DNA of 64,000 nt. Origin: Candidatus Sericytochromatia bacterium. Its GTDB lineage: Bacteria > Cyanobacteriota > Sericytochromatia > S15B-MN24 > JAQBPE01. Positions 9,434 to 19,600 of the stretch are shown piece by piece. The notes under the pieces are model-generated. The model was not told where the DNA came from and did no database searches. It saw only the letters and a list, made by a program, of their open reading frames with translations. A program made the position numbers and the translations under genes. The stretch's first letter is position 1; each line of letters begins with the position of its first letter. The stretch covers positions 10,053 through 74,052 of the forward strand of contig JAYKHR010000004.1 of NCBI GenBank assembly GCA_035285125.1. The letters are read 5' to 3'.

Positions 9434-11995
9434 ATGGCCAAGACCCCAGGCGCCTACACCCCCATGATGGCGCAGTTCCTCGCGTTGAAGGAGCAGCATC
9501 CCGACGTGCTGCTCTTGTACCGCATGGGGGATTTCTACGAGACGTTCTTCGAGGACGCCCGGGTGGCTGCTGCCGAGCTGGAGCTGACGCTGACGAGCCG
9601 CGACGGGGGGCCCGACGGCCAGCGCATCCCGATGGCCGGCGTGCCGCACCACGCCCTCGACAACTACCTGCCGCGCCTGATCGCGAAGGGCTACCGCGTG
9701 GCGATCTGCGAGCAGATGGAGGACCCGGCCCTCGCGAAGGGCCTCGTGCGTCGAGAGGTCGTCCGCGTCGTGACGCCGGGCACGATCCTGGACACGGCCA
9801 TGCTCCGGGAGAAGCAGAACAACTACCTCGCGGCCGTCTCGCGGGGGGCGAAGGGATTCGGCCTCGCTTACTGCGACGCCTCGACCGGCGAGTTCGCCAC
9901 CACGGAGCTGGCCGGACCTGAAGAGGTGCGGCGAGAGCTGGAGCGGCTGGGTGCGGTGGAGTGCCTGCTGCCCCTCGACGCGCGCGCGCTGGGCTGGGTG
10001 CCGGCCCCGGACCGCCGGCTGGACCCGGCCACGCTGGACGAGGCCTGGCGCGCGGCACTGCCAGAGGGCACGTATGTGACGCCGCGGGCCCCCGCCTCGT
10101 TCGGACTGGAAGCCGCGCAGCGAGCCCTGCTGACCCAGTTCGGCGTGGCGAGCCTGGAGGGCTTCGGCTGTGCCGGCCTGCCGCTCGCCATCGCGGCGGC
10201 GGGGGCGATCGTGGCCTATCTGGGCGACACCCAGAGGGCCCAGCTACCGCTGTTCTCGGGGCTCCGCACCTATGCCGACGCACGCTGCCTGGTGCTGGAT
10301 GCGGCCACCCGCAAGCACCTCGAGCTCACGGCGACGGCGCGGGACGGGAGCTTCCGCGGCTCCTTGCTGCACCTCCTCGACCGGACGCGCACGGCCATGG
10401 GAGGTCGGCGGCTGCGGGGCTGGCTGCAGGCCCCCCTGGTGGACCTCGCGGCGATCGCCGCCCGCCACGACGCGGTGGCCGAGCTCGTCGGCCAGCCCGG
10501 CCTGCTCCGGGCCCTGGGCGAGGCCCTGGGAGGCGTGCGCGACATCGAGCGGCTGGCTGGGCGGGTGGCCGCGGGCACGGCCAATGGCCGGGAGCTCCGC
10601 GCGCTGGGGGAGTCCCTGGCGGAGCTGCCCGCCGTCGCGGCGCTCGCGGTCGGGACGCGCGCCGCCCCGCTCGCGGCCCTGCATCCGGCGCCCGAGGCCC
10701 TCGTGGACCTCGGCAACACGATCCGCGCCACCCTCGTGGACACCCCGCCCATCAGCGTCACGGAAGGTGGCCTGATCCGGGAGGGGATGGCGCCGGAGGT
10801 CGATGCCCTGCGGGCGGGCCTGGGACACGACGAGGCCTGGCTCGCGGCCTTCGAGGCCGAGGAGCGCGGGCGCACCGGCATCAAGAGCCTGAAGGTGGGG
10901 TTCACCAAGGCCTTCGGCTACTACATCGAGGTGACGCACGCCAACCGCGCGCTCGTGCCTGCGGAGTACCAGCGCAAGCAGACGCTCGTGAACTGCGAGC
11001 GTTTCGTGACGCCGGCGCTCAAGGCCCGGGAGGTCGCCATCCTCGACGGGGAGCAGCGCCTGTGGCGCCTCGAGCACGAGCTGTTCGCGGCGCTGCGCGG
11101 CCGGGCGGCAGACCTCGTCCCCCTGATCCAGGCGGTGGGGGGCCGGCTCGCCGAGCTCGACGCCCTGCTCTCGCTGGCAGAGGTGGCGCTGGCGCGCGGC
11201 TACGTGCGGCCCGTGGTCAACGCCCTCCCCAGGCTGCGCGTCGAGGGGGGGCGACACCCCGTGGTTGAGGCCCTGCTGCCGAGCGGCACGTTCGTCCCGA
11301 ACGATGCCTTGCTGGACGCGGAGGCCGACCGGCTGATGATCCTGACGGGCCCCAACATGGCGGGCAAGAGCACCTATATGCGCCAGCTGGCCCTGATCGT
11401 CGTGCTCGCCCAGCTGGGCAGCTTCGTGCCCGCCACGATGGCCGAGGTGGGCGTGGTAGACCGCATCTTCACGCGCATCGGGGCCGTCGACGACCTTGCC
11501 ACCGGGCAGTCGACCTTTATGGTCGAGATGAACGAGACGGCCAACATCCTGCGCCACGCCACGCCCCGCTCCCTCGTGCTGCTCGACGAGATCGGACGCG
11601 GCACCAGCACGCTGGACGGCCTGTCGATCGCCTGGGCCGTCTCCGAGCACCTCGCGGCCCATGTCCGCGCGCGCACCATCTTCGCGACCCACTACCACGA
11701 ACTGACAGGGCTCGCGCTCAGCCAGCCCGGGGTGCGGACCTGCCGGGTGCTGGTGGAGGAGACGGAGGACGAGGTGGTCTTCTTGCGGCGGGTGGTGCCC
11801 GGTGGCGCGGACCGCTCCTACGGCATCGAGGTGGCTCGCCTCGCCGGCCTGCCGGCGGCCGTCGTGGCGCGGGCGCGCCAGGTACTCGGCACGCTGGAGC
11901 GCAACAACCGCCTGGCGGCGAGCCTGCGCAAGGGGCTGCCGGCACAGGACATGCCCCAGGCCCAGCTGTCCCTGTTCGAGGAGAGCGCCACCTGA
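9434..11995 (+). CDS. mutS: DNA mismatch repair protein MutS
   Basis: TPMMAQF, YRMGDFYE, TGPNMAGKST, STFMVEM, DEIGRGTS and SYGIEVA motifs. Confidence 0.98.
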   Translation: MAKTPGAYTPMMAQFLALKEQHPDVLLLYRMGDFYETFFEDARVAAAELELTLTSRDGGPDGQRIPMAGVPHHALDNYLPRLIAKGYRVAICEQMEDPALAKGLVRREVVRVVTPGTILDTAMLREKQNNYLAAVSRGAKGFGLAYCDASTGEFATTELAGPEEVRRELERLGAVECLLPLDARALGWVPAPDRRLDPATLDEAWRAALPEGTYVTPRAPASFGLEAAQRALLTQFGVASLEGFGCAGLPLAIAAAGAIVAYLGDTQRAQLPLFSGLRTYADARCLVLDAATRKHLELTATARDGSFRGSLLHLLDRTRTAMGGRRLRGWLQAPLVDLAAIAARHDAVAELVGQPGLLRALGEALGGVRDIERLAGRVAAGTANGRELRALGESLAELPAVAALAVGTRAAPLAALHPAPEALVDLGNTIRATLVDTPPISVTEGGLIREGMAPEVDALRAGLGHDEAWLAAFEAEERGRTGIKSLKVGFTKAFGYYIEVTHANRALVPAEYQRKQTLVNCERFVTPALKAREVAILDGEQRLWRLEHELFAALRGRAADLVPLIQAVGGRLAELDALLSLAEVALARGYVRPVVNALPRLRVEGGRHPVVEALLPSGTFVPNDALLDAEADRLMILTGPNMAGKSTYMRQLALIVVLAQLGSFVPATMAEVGVVDRIFTRIGAVDDLATGQSTFMVEMNETANILRHATPRSLVLLDEIGRGTSTLDGLSIAWAVSEHLAAHVRARTIFATHYHELTGLALSQPGVRTCRVLVEETEDEVVFLRRVVPGGADRSYGIEVARLAGLPAAVVARARQVLGTLERNNRLAASLRKGLPAQDMPQAQLSLFEESAT

Positions 11996-12059
11996 GCCTC
12001 CTCGCGCGATGCGTCGATGAGGCGGTGGTACAATGGGCGGGCTCAGCAGGGGGGCTCCG

Positions 12060-12884
12060 ATGTACAGCACCGTCCTCATCCTCGTTTCCGCCGTGGTGCT
12101 GCTCGCCACGCTCGGGTTGAGCCTGGCCCGCCTCGAGGCCCTGCAGGACACGCCGTGGTACTTCTGGCTGCTGGCCCTGTCGCTTGTCTGCACGGGCACG
12201 TGGGGCGTGTCGTCGGCGATGCGGGCGCGGGAGATGACGGGCGCCGCCGAGGCCCTCGCTGACCTCAAGGTGCTGTCGGCCGCCGAGTTGCGGCGGGACC
12301 TCGAAGGGTGGCGCGGTGCCCCGGTGGTGCTCCAAGACGACACGACGTGCGTCGAGACCAAGGCCACCAGCAACGACGTCGCGGTGCTCGCGAGCCGCAC
12401 GCGCCTGTCCGGCGAGGACGAGGTCGAGGGCGAGGAGAGCGACTACGTCAAGACCATCGACTACGGCGTGGAGGAGGAATCCGCCCGCTTCCGCCTCGGT
12501 CTGGAGGCCGATGCGGTGCAGGTGGAGGCTGACGGGTGGCACGTCTGGGCGGCTGCCGCGCCCGTCGAATCGACGCGGATGGGCAACGAGTTCAGCGCCG
12601 CGGCTGGCCGCAACCTCACCGAGACGGAGCGTCGCAGCAGCATCCCCTGTGGCGCCCGGGTGTCCGTGACGGGCCTCGTCACCGTCGAGGGGCCCTTCGC
12701 GACGCTGGCCCCGCTCTCGCCACGCCTCAACGTCCTGACGGACAGGCCGTGGCAGGACGTCCTCAACCACACGGGCAGGCAGGCCGGGCGGGCTCGCTCG
12801 GATGCCCTCATGCTGGCCATCCTGAACGGCACCCTCTTGCTGGTGCTCGGCTTCCTGTTCAGGCTCTTCCGGGCCAAGGCGTGA
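12060..12884 (+). CDS. Membrane protein, possibly GIDE/BAM-like domain
   Basis: Two N-terminal TM segments, a beta-rich soluble region (ERRSSIPCGARVSVTG) and a C-terminal TM segment. Confidence 0.55.
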   Translation: MYSTVLILVSAVVLLATLGLSLARLEALQDTPWYFWLLALSLVCTGTWGVSSAMRAREMTGAAEALADLKVLSAAELRRDLEGWRGAPVVLQDDTTCVETKATSNDVAVLASRTRLSGEDEVEGEESDYVKTIDYGVEEESARFRLGLEADAVQVEADGWHVWAAAAPVESTRMGNEFSAAAGRNLTETERRSSIPCGARVSVTGLVTVEGPFATLAPLSPRLNVLTDRPWQDVLNHTGRQAGRARSDALMLAILNGTLLLVLGFLFRLFRAKA

Positions 12885-13855
12885 TGTCCGAGCGGCCGAT
12901 CCTGGTCACGGGCTCGAGCGGCTTCGTCGGCGGCTGGCTGCTGGAGACCCTCGCCCGGCGCGGCGACGGCCCGGTGGTGGGCCTGGACCGGACAGCCCGG
13001 GCCGACCGCCCCCTCGCCGACTTCGCGGCCGTGGACCTCGCGCACCCCGAGCCCGTCGCGGCGGCGCTCGCGCGCTGGCGCCCCCGGGCCGTGTACCACC
13101 TGGCCGGGCAGGCCTCGGTGGCCGAGGCCCTGCAGGCCCCTGCCAGCACCGTCGAGGCGAACGCGCTCGGCACGCTGCACCTCCTCGAGGCCTTGCGGCG
13201 CCAAGCGCCGGACGCGCGCGTGCTGCTGGTGTCCTCGGCGGAGGTTTACGGCGACCGGGCCGAGGGGCTGTTGCACGAGGCCGAGCCACCGGCGCCTGCC
13301 ACCCCCTACGCAGCCAGCAAGGTCGCGCTGGAGGCGCTCGGGCACGCGTGGTGGCGGAGCTACGGCCTCCCGGTGGTGATCGCGCGCCCCTTCAACCACA
13401 CGGGGCCCGGCCAGAGCGACCGGTTCGCCGCCAGCGCCTTTGCCCACCAGATCGCCGCCATCGAGGCCGGCCGCCAGCCGCCCGTGCTGCACGTGGGCGA
13501 CCTCGAGACGCGGCGCGACTTCCTCGACGTCCGCGACGTCACGGAGGCCTACGCGAGGCTGCTGGCGGTGGGAGAGCCCGGGCGGGTGTACAACGTCTGC
13601 CGGGGCGAGACCATCCGCATCGGCGACATGCTCGGCGCCCTGCTCGCGCTCGCCCGCGTGGGCATCGAGGTGGCCCCCGACCCGAGCCGGCAGCGGGCGG
13701 TCGATGCCCGGGCCCGCTGGGGTGACCCGAGCGCGCTCCGGGCTGCCACGGGCTGGCACGCCACCGTGCCGTGGGAGCAGACGCTGCGAGACCTGCTCGA
13801 GGCCTGGCGCCGGACGATGCCGATGTGGGGGGACGCCGCGAGCCCGTTCGCCTGA
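12884..13855 (+). CDS. NAD-dependent nucleotide-sugar epimerase/dehydratase (Rmd/Gmd-like)
   Basis: ILVTGSSGFVG, YHLAGQASV, SSAEVYG, PYAASK, RPFNHTGPGQ and RDFLDVRD motifs. Confidence 0.9.
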   Translation: MSERPILVTGSSGFVGGWLLETLARRGDGPVVGLDRTARADRPLADFAAVDLAHPEPVAAALARWRPRAVYHLAGQASVAEALQAPASTVEANALGTLHLLEALRRQAPDARVLLVSSAEVYGDRAEGLLHEAEPPAPATPYAASKVALEALGHAWWRSYGLPVVIARPFNHTGPGQSDRFAASAFAHQIAAIEAGRQPPVLHVGDLETRRDFLDVRDVTEAYARLLAVGEPGRVYNVCRGETIRIGDMLGALLALARVGIEVAPDPSRQRAVDARARWGDPSALRAATGWHATVPWEQTLRDLLEAWRRTMPMWGDAASPFA

Positions 13856-14018
13856 TGGTGACGGGCCAATGAGTCCGGCCACCATCGCCAGCCCTGAACG
13901 CCGATCGCTGCGATGGGTTAAGGACAGGCTGCGGCCGCCTCCCTGATCTGCTAAGATGAGGGTTCGCCCCGCCAGCACGACCCCGGCGCCGATCGCCGCG
14001 CCGTCGAGGAACCGCGAG

Positions 14019-14759
14019 ATGTCCGCCGACACGGAACACCCGACCACCACCCCCGCACGCCCCGCCAAGATCTCCAGCATTTCCGTTGTGATGCCCGCCT
14101 ACAACGAGGAGGACATCATCGAGAAGGTGGCCAGGGACGCCGCGACCTACCTCGAGACCGTGACGGCCGACTACGAGGTGGTCATCGTCAACGACGGCTC
14201 CCGCGACCGCACGGGGGAGATCCTCGACGCCCTGCACGGCGAGAACCCTCGCATCGTGCCCGTGCACCAGGAGAACAAGGGTTACGGTGGCGCGCTGCAG
14301 GCCGGCTTCCGCAGCGCGAAGAAGGACTACGTGTTCTTCATGGACTCGGACAACCAGTTCGACATCCGGGAGCTCGACAAGCTGCTGCCCCACCTCTCGA
14401 GCGTCGACGTCGTGCTCGGCTACCGAGAGAACCGCCAGGACCACCTCGGCCGCAAGTTCAACGCCCTCGGCTGGCGCACCCTGGTCGACATGTTGTTCGG
14501 CCTCGGCGTGCGCGACATCGACTGCGCGTTCAAGATTTTCAAGCGCGAGAAGCTCCAGATGGCCCTGCCCGAGAGCGAGGGCGCGATGGTGAACACCGAG
14601 ATGCTCGTGAAGCTCAAGCGGCGCAAGACGCCCTGGGTCGAAGTGCCCGTCTCCCACTTCGCCCGCGTGGGCGGCAAGGCCACCGGCGCCAACTGGCGCG
14701 TCATCGTCAAGGCGTTCCGCGAGCTCCTGATGCTCCACGGCAAGCTCAAGAACTTCTGA
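14019..14759 (+). CDS. Glycosyltransferase family 2 (polyprenol-phosphate glycosyltransferase-like)
   Basis: SVVMPAYNEE, VNDGSRD, NKGYGGA, MDSDNQ and DIDCAFK motifs. Alternative start at 13956. Confidence 0.9.
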   Translation: MSADTEHPTTTPARPAKISSISVVMPAYNEEDIIEKVARDAATYLETVTADYEVVIVNDGSRDRTGEILDALHGENPRIVPVHQENKGYGGALQAGFRSAKKDYVFFMDSDNQFDIRELDKLLPHLSSVDVVLGYRENRQDHLGRKFNALGWRTLVDMLFGLGVRDIDCAFKIFKREKLQMALPESEGAMVNTEMLVKLKRRKTPWVEVPVSHFARVGGKATGANWRVIVKAFRELLMLHGKLKNF

Positions 14760-14766
14760 GCCCGGA

Positions 14767-15333
14767 ATGGAGCAGCTTTCCACCCCCCAGGCAGCCCTGA
14801 TCGCCTATGGGCTGGCCCACCTGGGCCTGCTCGCGGCCATCGCCCTGATCCTGCTCCGCCCCTTCGCGCCGGGCACGCTCGTGGCGGGGCTTACCACCCT
14901 GGGCTACGCGGGCTACACCACGGCCATGGTCCGCAGCCAGCCCACGCTTGCCGCCCTGTGGCCGGTGGGCGTGGTGGGGCTGCTCGTGGCACTCAGCCTG
15001 GTGGCCCCGCGGCTGTCCGAGCGCCTTGGCATCCGCTACACGGTTCCCCAGCCGCCGATCGTGATGGGCGCCTTCCTGGGGCTGGTGTTCGGGGCGCTGG
15101 TGCTGGGGGGCGGCATGGCCGGCCAGCTGGTCGGCCTGGCGCTGGGCACCTTCCTGGCGGGCTTCGGCCAGTCGCGCACGGGCTGGCGCGGGGCGCTGCA
15201 GGCCGGCCCCGCGAGCTTCTACACCGCGATGGGGCCCCGGGCCTTCGAGCTGCTGCTGGCGCTGGCCGTGGGGGACCTCGCCGTCACCTACATTTTGCAT
15301 CGCGTGGGCGTCGTGCAGACGCCCCTGCCCTGA
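14767..15333 (+). CDS. Integral membrane protein (DUF456-like)
   Basis: Multiple Gly-rich TM helices, including GAFLGLVFG...LGTFLAG...ALQAG. Confidence 0.6.
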   Translation: MEQLSTPQAALIAYGLAHLGLLAAIALILLRPFAPGTLVAGLTTLGYAGYTTAMVRSQPTLAALWPVGVVGLLVALSLVAPRLSERLGIRYTVPQPPIVMGAFLGLVFGALVLGGGMAGQLVGLALGTFLAGFGQSRTGWRGALQAGPASFYTAMGPRAFELLLALAVGDLAVTYILHRVGVVQTPLP

Positions 15334-15336
15334 GCC

Positions 15337-16227
15337 ATGGGGCGACCGGCCCGGACCGCGTCCGACCTCAGCCCCTCGGTGGCGCTGGTCCGAGAGGCGC
15401 TGGCGCGGGCCGGCATGACCCAGACTGAGCTCGCTGCGGCCACGGGGCTCACGCGGGACCACCTGTCGCGCGTGCTGCTCGGCAAGGTGTCGTTCCCGCG
15501 CTCCCGGGACACCCTCCACGCCCTCGCAAGCACCCTCGGCCTCGACCCGCTCGCGTTCGCCGAGTACCGGCGCTCGCTGCAGGTGCTGCCGGAGTCCACG
15601 CGGCGCCTGACGGCCCACCTGCGGGCCCGGGGCATCTCCCAGGCCGAGTGGGTCCGCCGCATCGTGCCCCGCTACAGCGAGGGCCACCTGCAGCAGGTGC
15701 TGCGCGGGACGGTGCCCTTTCCGCGGGAGCCCGACACCATCGCGCTCTTCGCCGAGGCGGCCGAGGCTGACCCCTTGCAGTTCGCGGAGTACCTGCCGCT
15801 CGCGGCCTGGCGAGGGCGGTTGACGCACGCGGCGGCCGCGACGCTGACGCGCGAGGAGGCGGACCAACTCGCGGGCCTGCTCGACCGGCTGACGCTGCGC
15901 CTGGCGGCGCGGCTGAACGACGCCGACGGGTTCTCCCAGCGACTGCTGGAGCACTTCCTGGCCCGCGCGTTCGGGCCGGCCCCGGCCAGCGACCCCGAGC
16001 TGGACGACGCCCTCGCGTACATGCCGCCGCTGGAAAGCTACCAGCCCGCCGTGCGGGCCCTGCTGGCCGCCATGCACGCGCAGCGGCTCAGCGTGGCCGA
16101 GCTCGCGCGGCGCACCGGCCTGCCCAGCGACGAGCTCTTCGCGATCTTCAACGGCCAGCTGAAGCTGAAGCCGGGCCCCACCTGGCACACCCTGCACGAG
16201 GCGCTGGGCGTCTCGGGCGGCGAATGA
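15337..16227 (+). CDS. Protein with three XRE-type HTH domains
   Basis: GMTQTELAAATGLTRDHLSRVLLG, GISQAEWVRR...HLQQVLRG and LSVAELARRTGL...IFNG. Confidence 0.75.
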   Translation: MGRPARTASDLSPSVALVREALARAGMTQTELAAATGLTRDHLSRVLLGKVSFPRSRDTLHALASTLGLDPLAFAEYRRSLQVLPESTRRLTAHLRARGISQAEWVRRIVPRYSEGHLQQVLRGTVPFPREPDTIALFAEAAEADPLQFAEYLPLAAWRGRLTHAAAATLTREEADQLAGLLDRLTLRLAARLNDADGFSQRLLEHFLARAFGPAPASDPELDDALAYMPPLESYQPAVRALLAAMHAQRLSVAELARRTGLPSDELFAIFNGQLKLKPGPTWHTLHEALGVSGGE

Positions 16228-16241
16228 CGGAGGAAGCAGAC

Positions 16242-16601
16242 ATGGCGCGCATCCTGCTGGCGGACGACGATCGCCACTTCGCGGCGGTGGTGGCCAGGTT
16301 CCTGGGCCGCGCAGGCCATGAGGTGCTGGCGGTGGCCGATGGCGAGGCTGCCCTGGCGGCCATCCCGACCTTCAGCCCGGAGGCCCTCGTGCTGGACGTC
16401 TCGATGCCGGCGCTGGGGGGCGACGCCCTGGCGGCCCGCGTGACGCTGCCCATCCTGTTCCTGTCGGGCCGCGACCTCGACCGCGTGGCCGCTCAGGCCG
16501 GCCCCCGCGTGCGGTGCCTGGCGAAGCCCGCCGACCTGGACGAGATCCTGGCCGCCGTCGAGGGCCTGCTGGCAGCCGAGCTCAGGCCCTCGGAAGGGTG
16601 A
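16242..16601 (+). CDS. Single-domain response regulator (receiver)
   Basis: ILLADDD, LDVSMP, FLSG and AKP motifs. GGAGG RBS. Confidence 0.9.
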   Translation: MARILLADDDRHFAAVVARFLGRAGHEVLAVADGEAALAAIPTFSPEALVLDVSMPALGGDALAARVTLPILFLSGRDLDRVAAQAGPRVRCLAKPADLDEILAAVEGLLAAELRPSEG

Positions 16602-19600
16602 CCTCCACCCGCGTGCCCCCGCCGTCGGGGCACGTCACCTCGATGGTGCCTCCGTGCTGTTCCACGAGGGCCGCCGTCCGCCAGAGCCCGAGGCCGCTGC
16701 CCGGCTGATCGGGATCCCGCCCTCCGTAACGTTGGAACGGCGCCGCACGGCGCTCTGGCGGCAGGCCGGGACCCGAGTCCTGGATGGTCAGGCGCACGCC
16801 GCGCTCCGCCACGCCGAGCGTGAGGTGAATGCCGCCGGAGGTGGTGTACTTGAGGGCGTTATCGAGCAGGTTCTGGACCACGAGGGCCAGCCGCCGGGCG
16901 TCCCCCCGCACGGGGGGGAGGGCGCGCCAGGCGTCGATAGGCGCCGTCAGCGACAGCCGCCTCGCCTCGGCGACGGGGGCCAGCTGCCGGAGGGCATCGG
17001 CCACGACGTCCTGCAGCCGGATGGTCGCAACGTGGAGGGACAGCCGCCCCGCCTCGAGGCTCGCCGCGTCAAGGATGCCGTCGATGCGCGTCATGAGGGC
17101 CCGCGTGTTGAGCAGCAGGCCCTCGACGGTCTCCGCCTGCAGGGGGGTCAGGGGCCCGTCGAGCTCCTTGTGAAGGCTCTGGGCCGCCACCAGGATCGAG
17201 GCCAGCGGGGCCTTGAGGTCGTGGCTCTCGGACTCGAACGCCGCCTGCCGGGCCCGGTCGTAGTCGCGCAGCGCGGTGATCGTCGTGTCCTTCTCCGCTA
17301 GCAGGCGCAGGTGCGCGGCCTGCTGCTCCATCTGAGACCGGAGGGCCTGCACCATGCGGGCCGTGTCGAGCGCGAACGCGGCCTGCGCGGCGATCGCCTC
17401 GAGCACCCGCACGTCGTCTGGCCCGAAGGCTCCCAGCGACAATTGGCTGTCGACATAGAGCACCCCATGCAGGGTGGAGCCCGCCAGCATGGGCACGCAC
17501 ACCACGCTGCGCAGCCGCAGTTCCTCGATGCTGCGCTTGAGGTTCAGGTCCTGGTCACTCAGGGTGTCGAGCACAGCCACAGATTTGCGCTCCCTGGCAG
17601 CCTGGGCCACCACGGTCCTGCTGTAGGCCTCCGCGGCGGCCTCCCCCCAGACGCGCCACCCCGTGCCCGTGGGCTCGGCGAGCAGCACCAGGCAGCGCTC
17701 GGCGCGCGTGAGCTCCTGGGTGAAGGCCGTGACACGCTGGAGCACCGCATCGGGCTCCTGGGAGACGCCCAGTGCCTGGCCCAGGGAGACCAGCATCTCG
17801 AGCCTGCGCGTGCGCTGCAGCAGCACGTGTGTCTGCTCGAGGCCCTCCCCCTCGCACCAGGGCTTGCGCAGCGGGTGGGCCAGGAACTGCTGCCGGGCGG
17901 CCCCGGAGGGGAGGTCGCGGGTGCCGCTCCCGAGGAGCACGTGGCCCTGGCGCACCAGGCGTTCGGCACGCACCTCGTCTCCCGCCGCGTGGTGGTGAGC
18001 GGCCAGCGCGAGGTGGACCAACCCGAGGGGCACGGGGGCTCCGAGGCCCTCCGCGAGGCCCAGCGCCCGGTCCAGGTCCGCCAGCACGCTCACGCCCGGG
18101 CCAAGCTCCCGAGCCAGCAGGCAGAGCAAGGTGCCGAGCTCGATCTCGAGGCCCGCCAGCTCCTCCAAGCGAGCCAGGCGCCGTGCCTCCTCCCAGGCCT
18201 CGCGGGCGGCCTCGGGCTCCTGCGCCACGTAGGCCTGCACCCCCTCCAGCCTTGCCACCACGACGCGCAGGCCGTCGCCCCGTCCGACGGCCATCGCTTG
18301 CAGCCGCTCCAGGGCAGCCGTCCCGGCCTTCGTGTCCCTGGAGAGCAGGCAGGCCTCCACCAGCACGGCCTGGGCACGGAACTCCCACTCGCCGCCACCG
18401 GCGCGGGCCACCAGCTCCAGCGCCAGCTGGGCGGCCCGCCTGGCCTGGTCGAAGGCGCCCAGCCAGAGGTGGCGCCAGGCCTCGAACACCAGGCCAAACT
18501 GCCTCAGGTAGGGCACCCCCAGCCGCGCCTCCCGCTCCCGCGAGGTGGCGACGGCCGCCTGGGCCGCCTCGGTGTCACCCATCATCGTCCGCACCAGGCC
18601 GTCCGCCGCGCTGGCAAAGCCGCCCAGCAACGGGTAGTCGCTCTGGAGCGCGAGCCGCTCGGCCTCCTCGAGCCAGCTCGCGGCCCGGTGCCAGCGGCCC
18701 TGCTCAACGTCGCAGAGTGCCAGGTTGAGGCAGGCCAGACCCGCATCTTGGAGGTTCCCGACCTCCATCGAGAGCTCGCGGCAGGCGGCGAAGTGGGGCC
18801 TCGCCTCCCGCGGCCGCCCCAGCGTCAGCAGGGCGTTGCCGAGCAGGGACTGGGTATCGATGCGGGAAAACGGCCGGCCGTCGCGAATCTGCAGCTGGAG
18901 GGCCTGCTCCAACGCCGCGAGGCCCTCCGCACAGGTGCCGGGGGCCTCGACGGCGAGGTTCCCAAGGAAGGCGAGCGCCTCGGCCTCGATGGCGACGTGG
19001 CCGGCCTGCCGCGCCTCATGCAGCGCCAGCCGGTAGGCGGCCTCGCTCGCGCCGCGCTCCCCGGCCATGAACTGGGCCCGGCCGATGGCCGCCCGGGCGC
19101 GGGCACACTCGGCGTAGGCCCCCGCCTCGGAGAGGACGCCAATGGCCTGGTCGTAGGCCGCCAGCGCCTCCGGCAGCCGCGACGACATCTGGTGGCACTT
19201 GCCAGTGCTGGTGAGCCACCGCCCACGCGTGGTGCGGTCGGGCGCATGCGGGGTGATCGCCTCGTAGAGCTCGATCGCCTCCCCGAGGCGACCGAGCACC
19301 CGCAGCGCGTCCGCCTCGATCCCCCGCAAGCCCACGGTGGCGAGGTTGCCCTCCCCACCGAGGCCGAGGCCGGCGGCCGCAGCCAGGCCGGCCCGGGCGT
19401 GGCCGAGGGCAACCTCGTAGGCCCACACGCGCGCCGCGGCCTCCGCCGCCAGCGACGACCAGCGCAGCGCCAGGCTGCGGTCGTCGCCCCGCACGGCCAG
19501 CCGGGCAATGCGGTGCGCCAGCGCCGGCGGTACGGGCACGAGCTGCGCGGCGGGCAGGGATGCCAGCGCACGCGCCAGCTCGGACGACAGGTGCGCGAGG

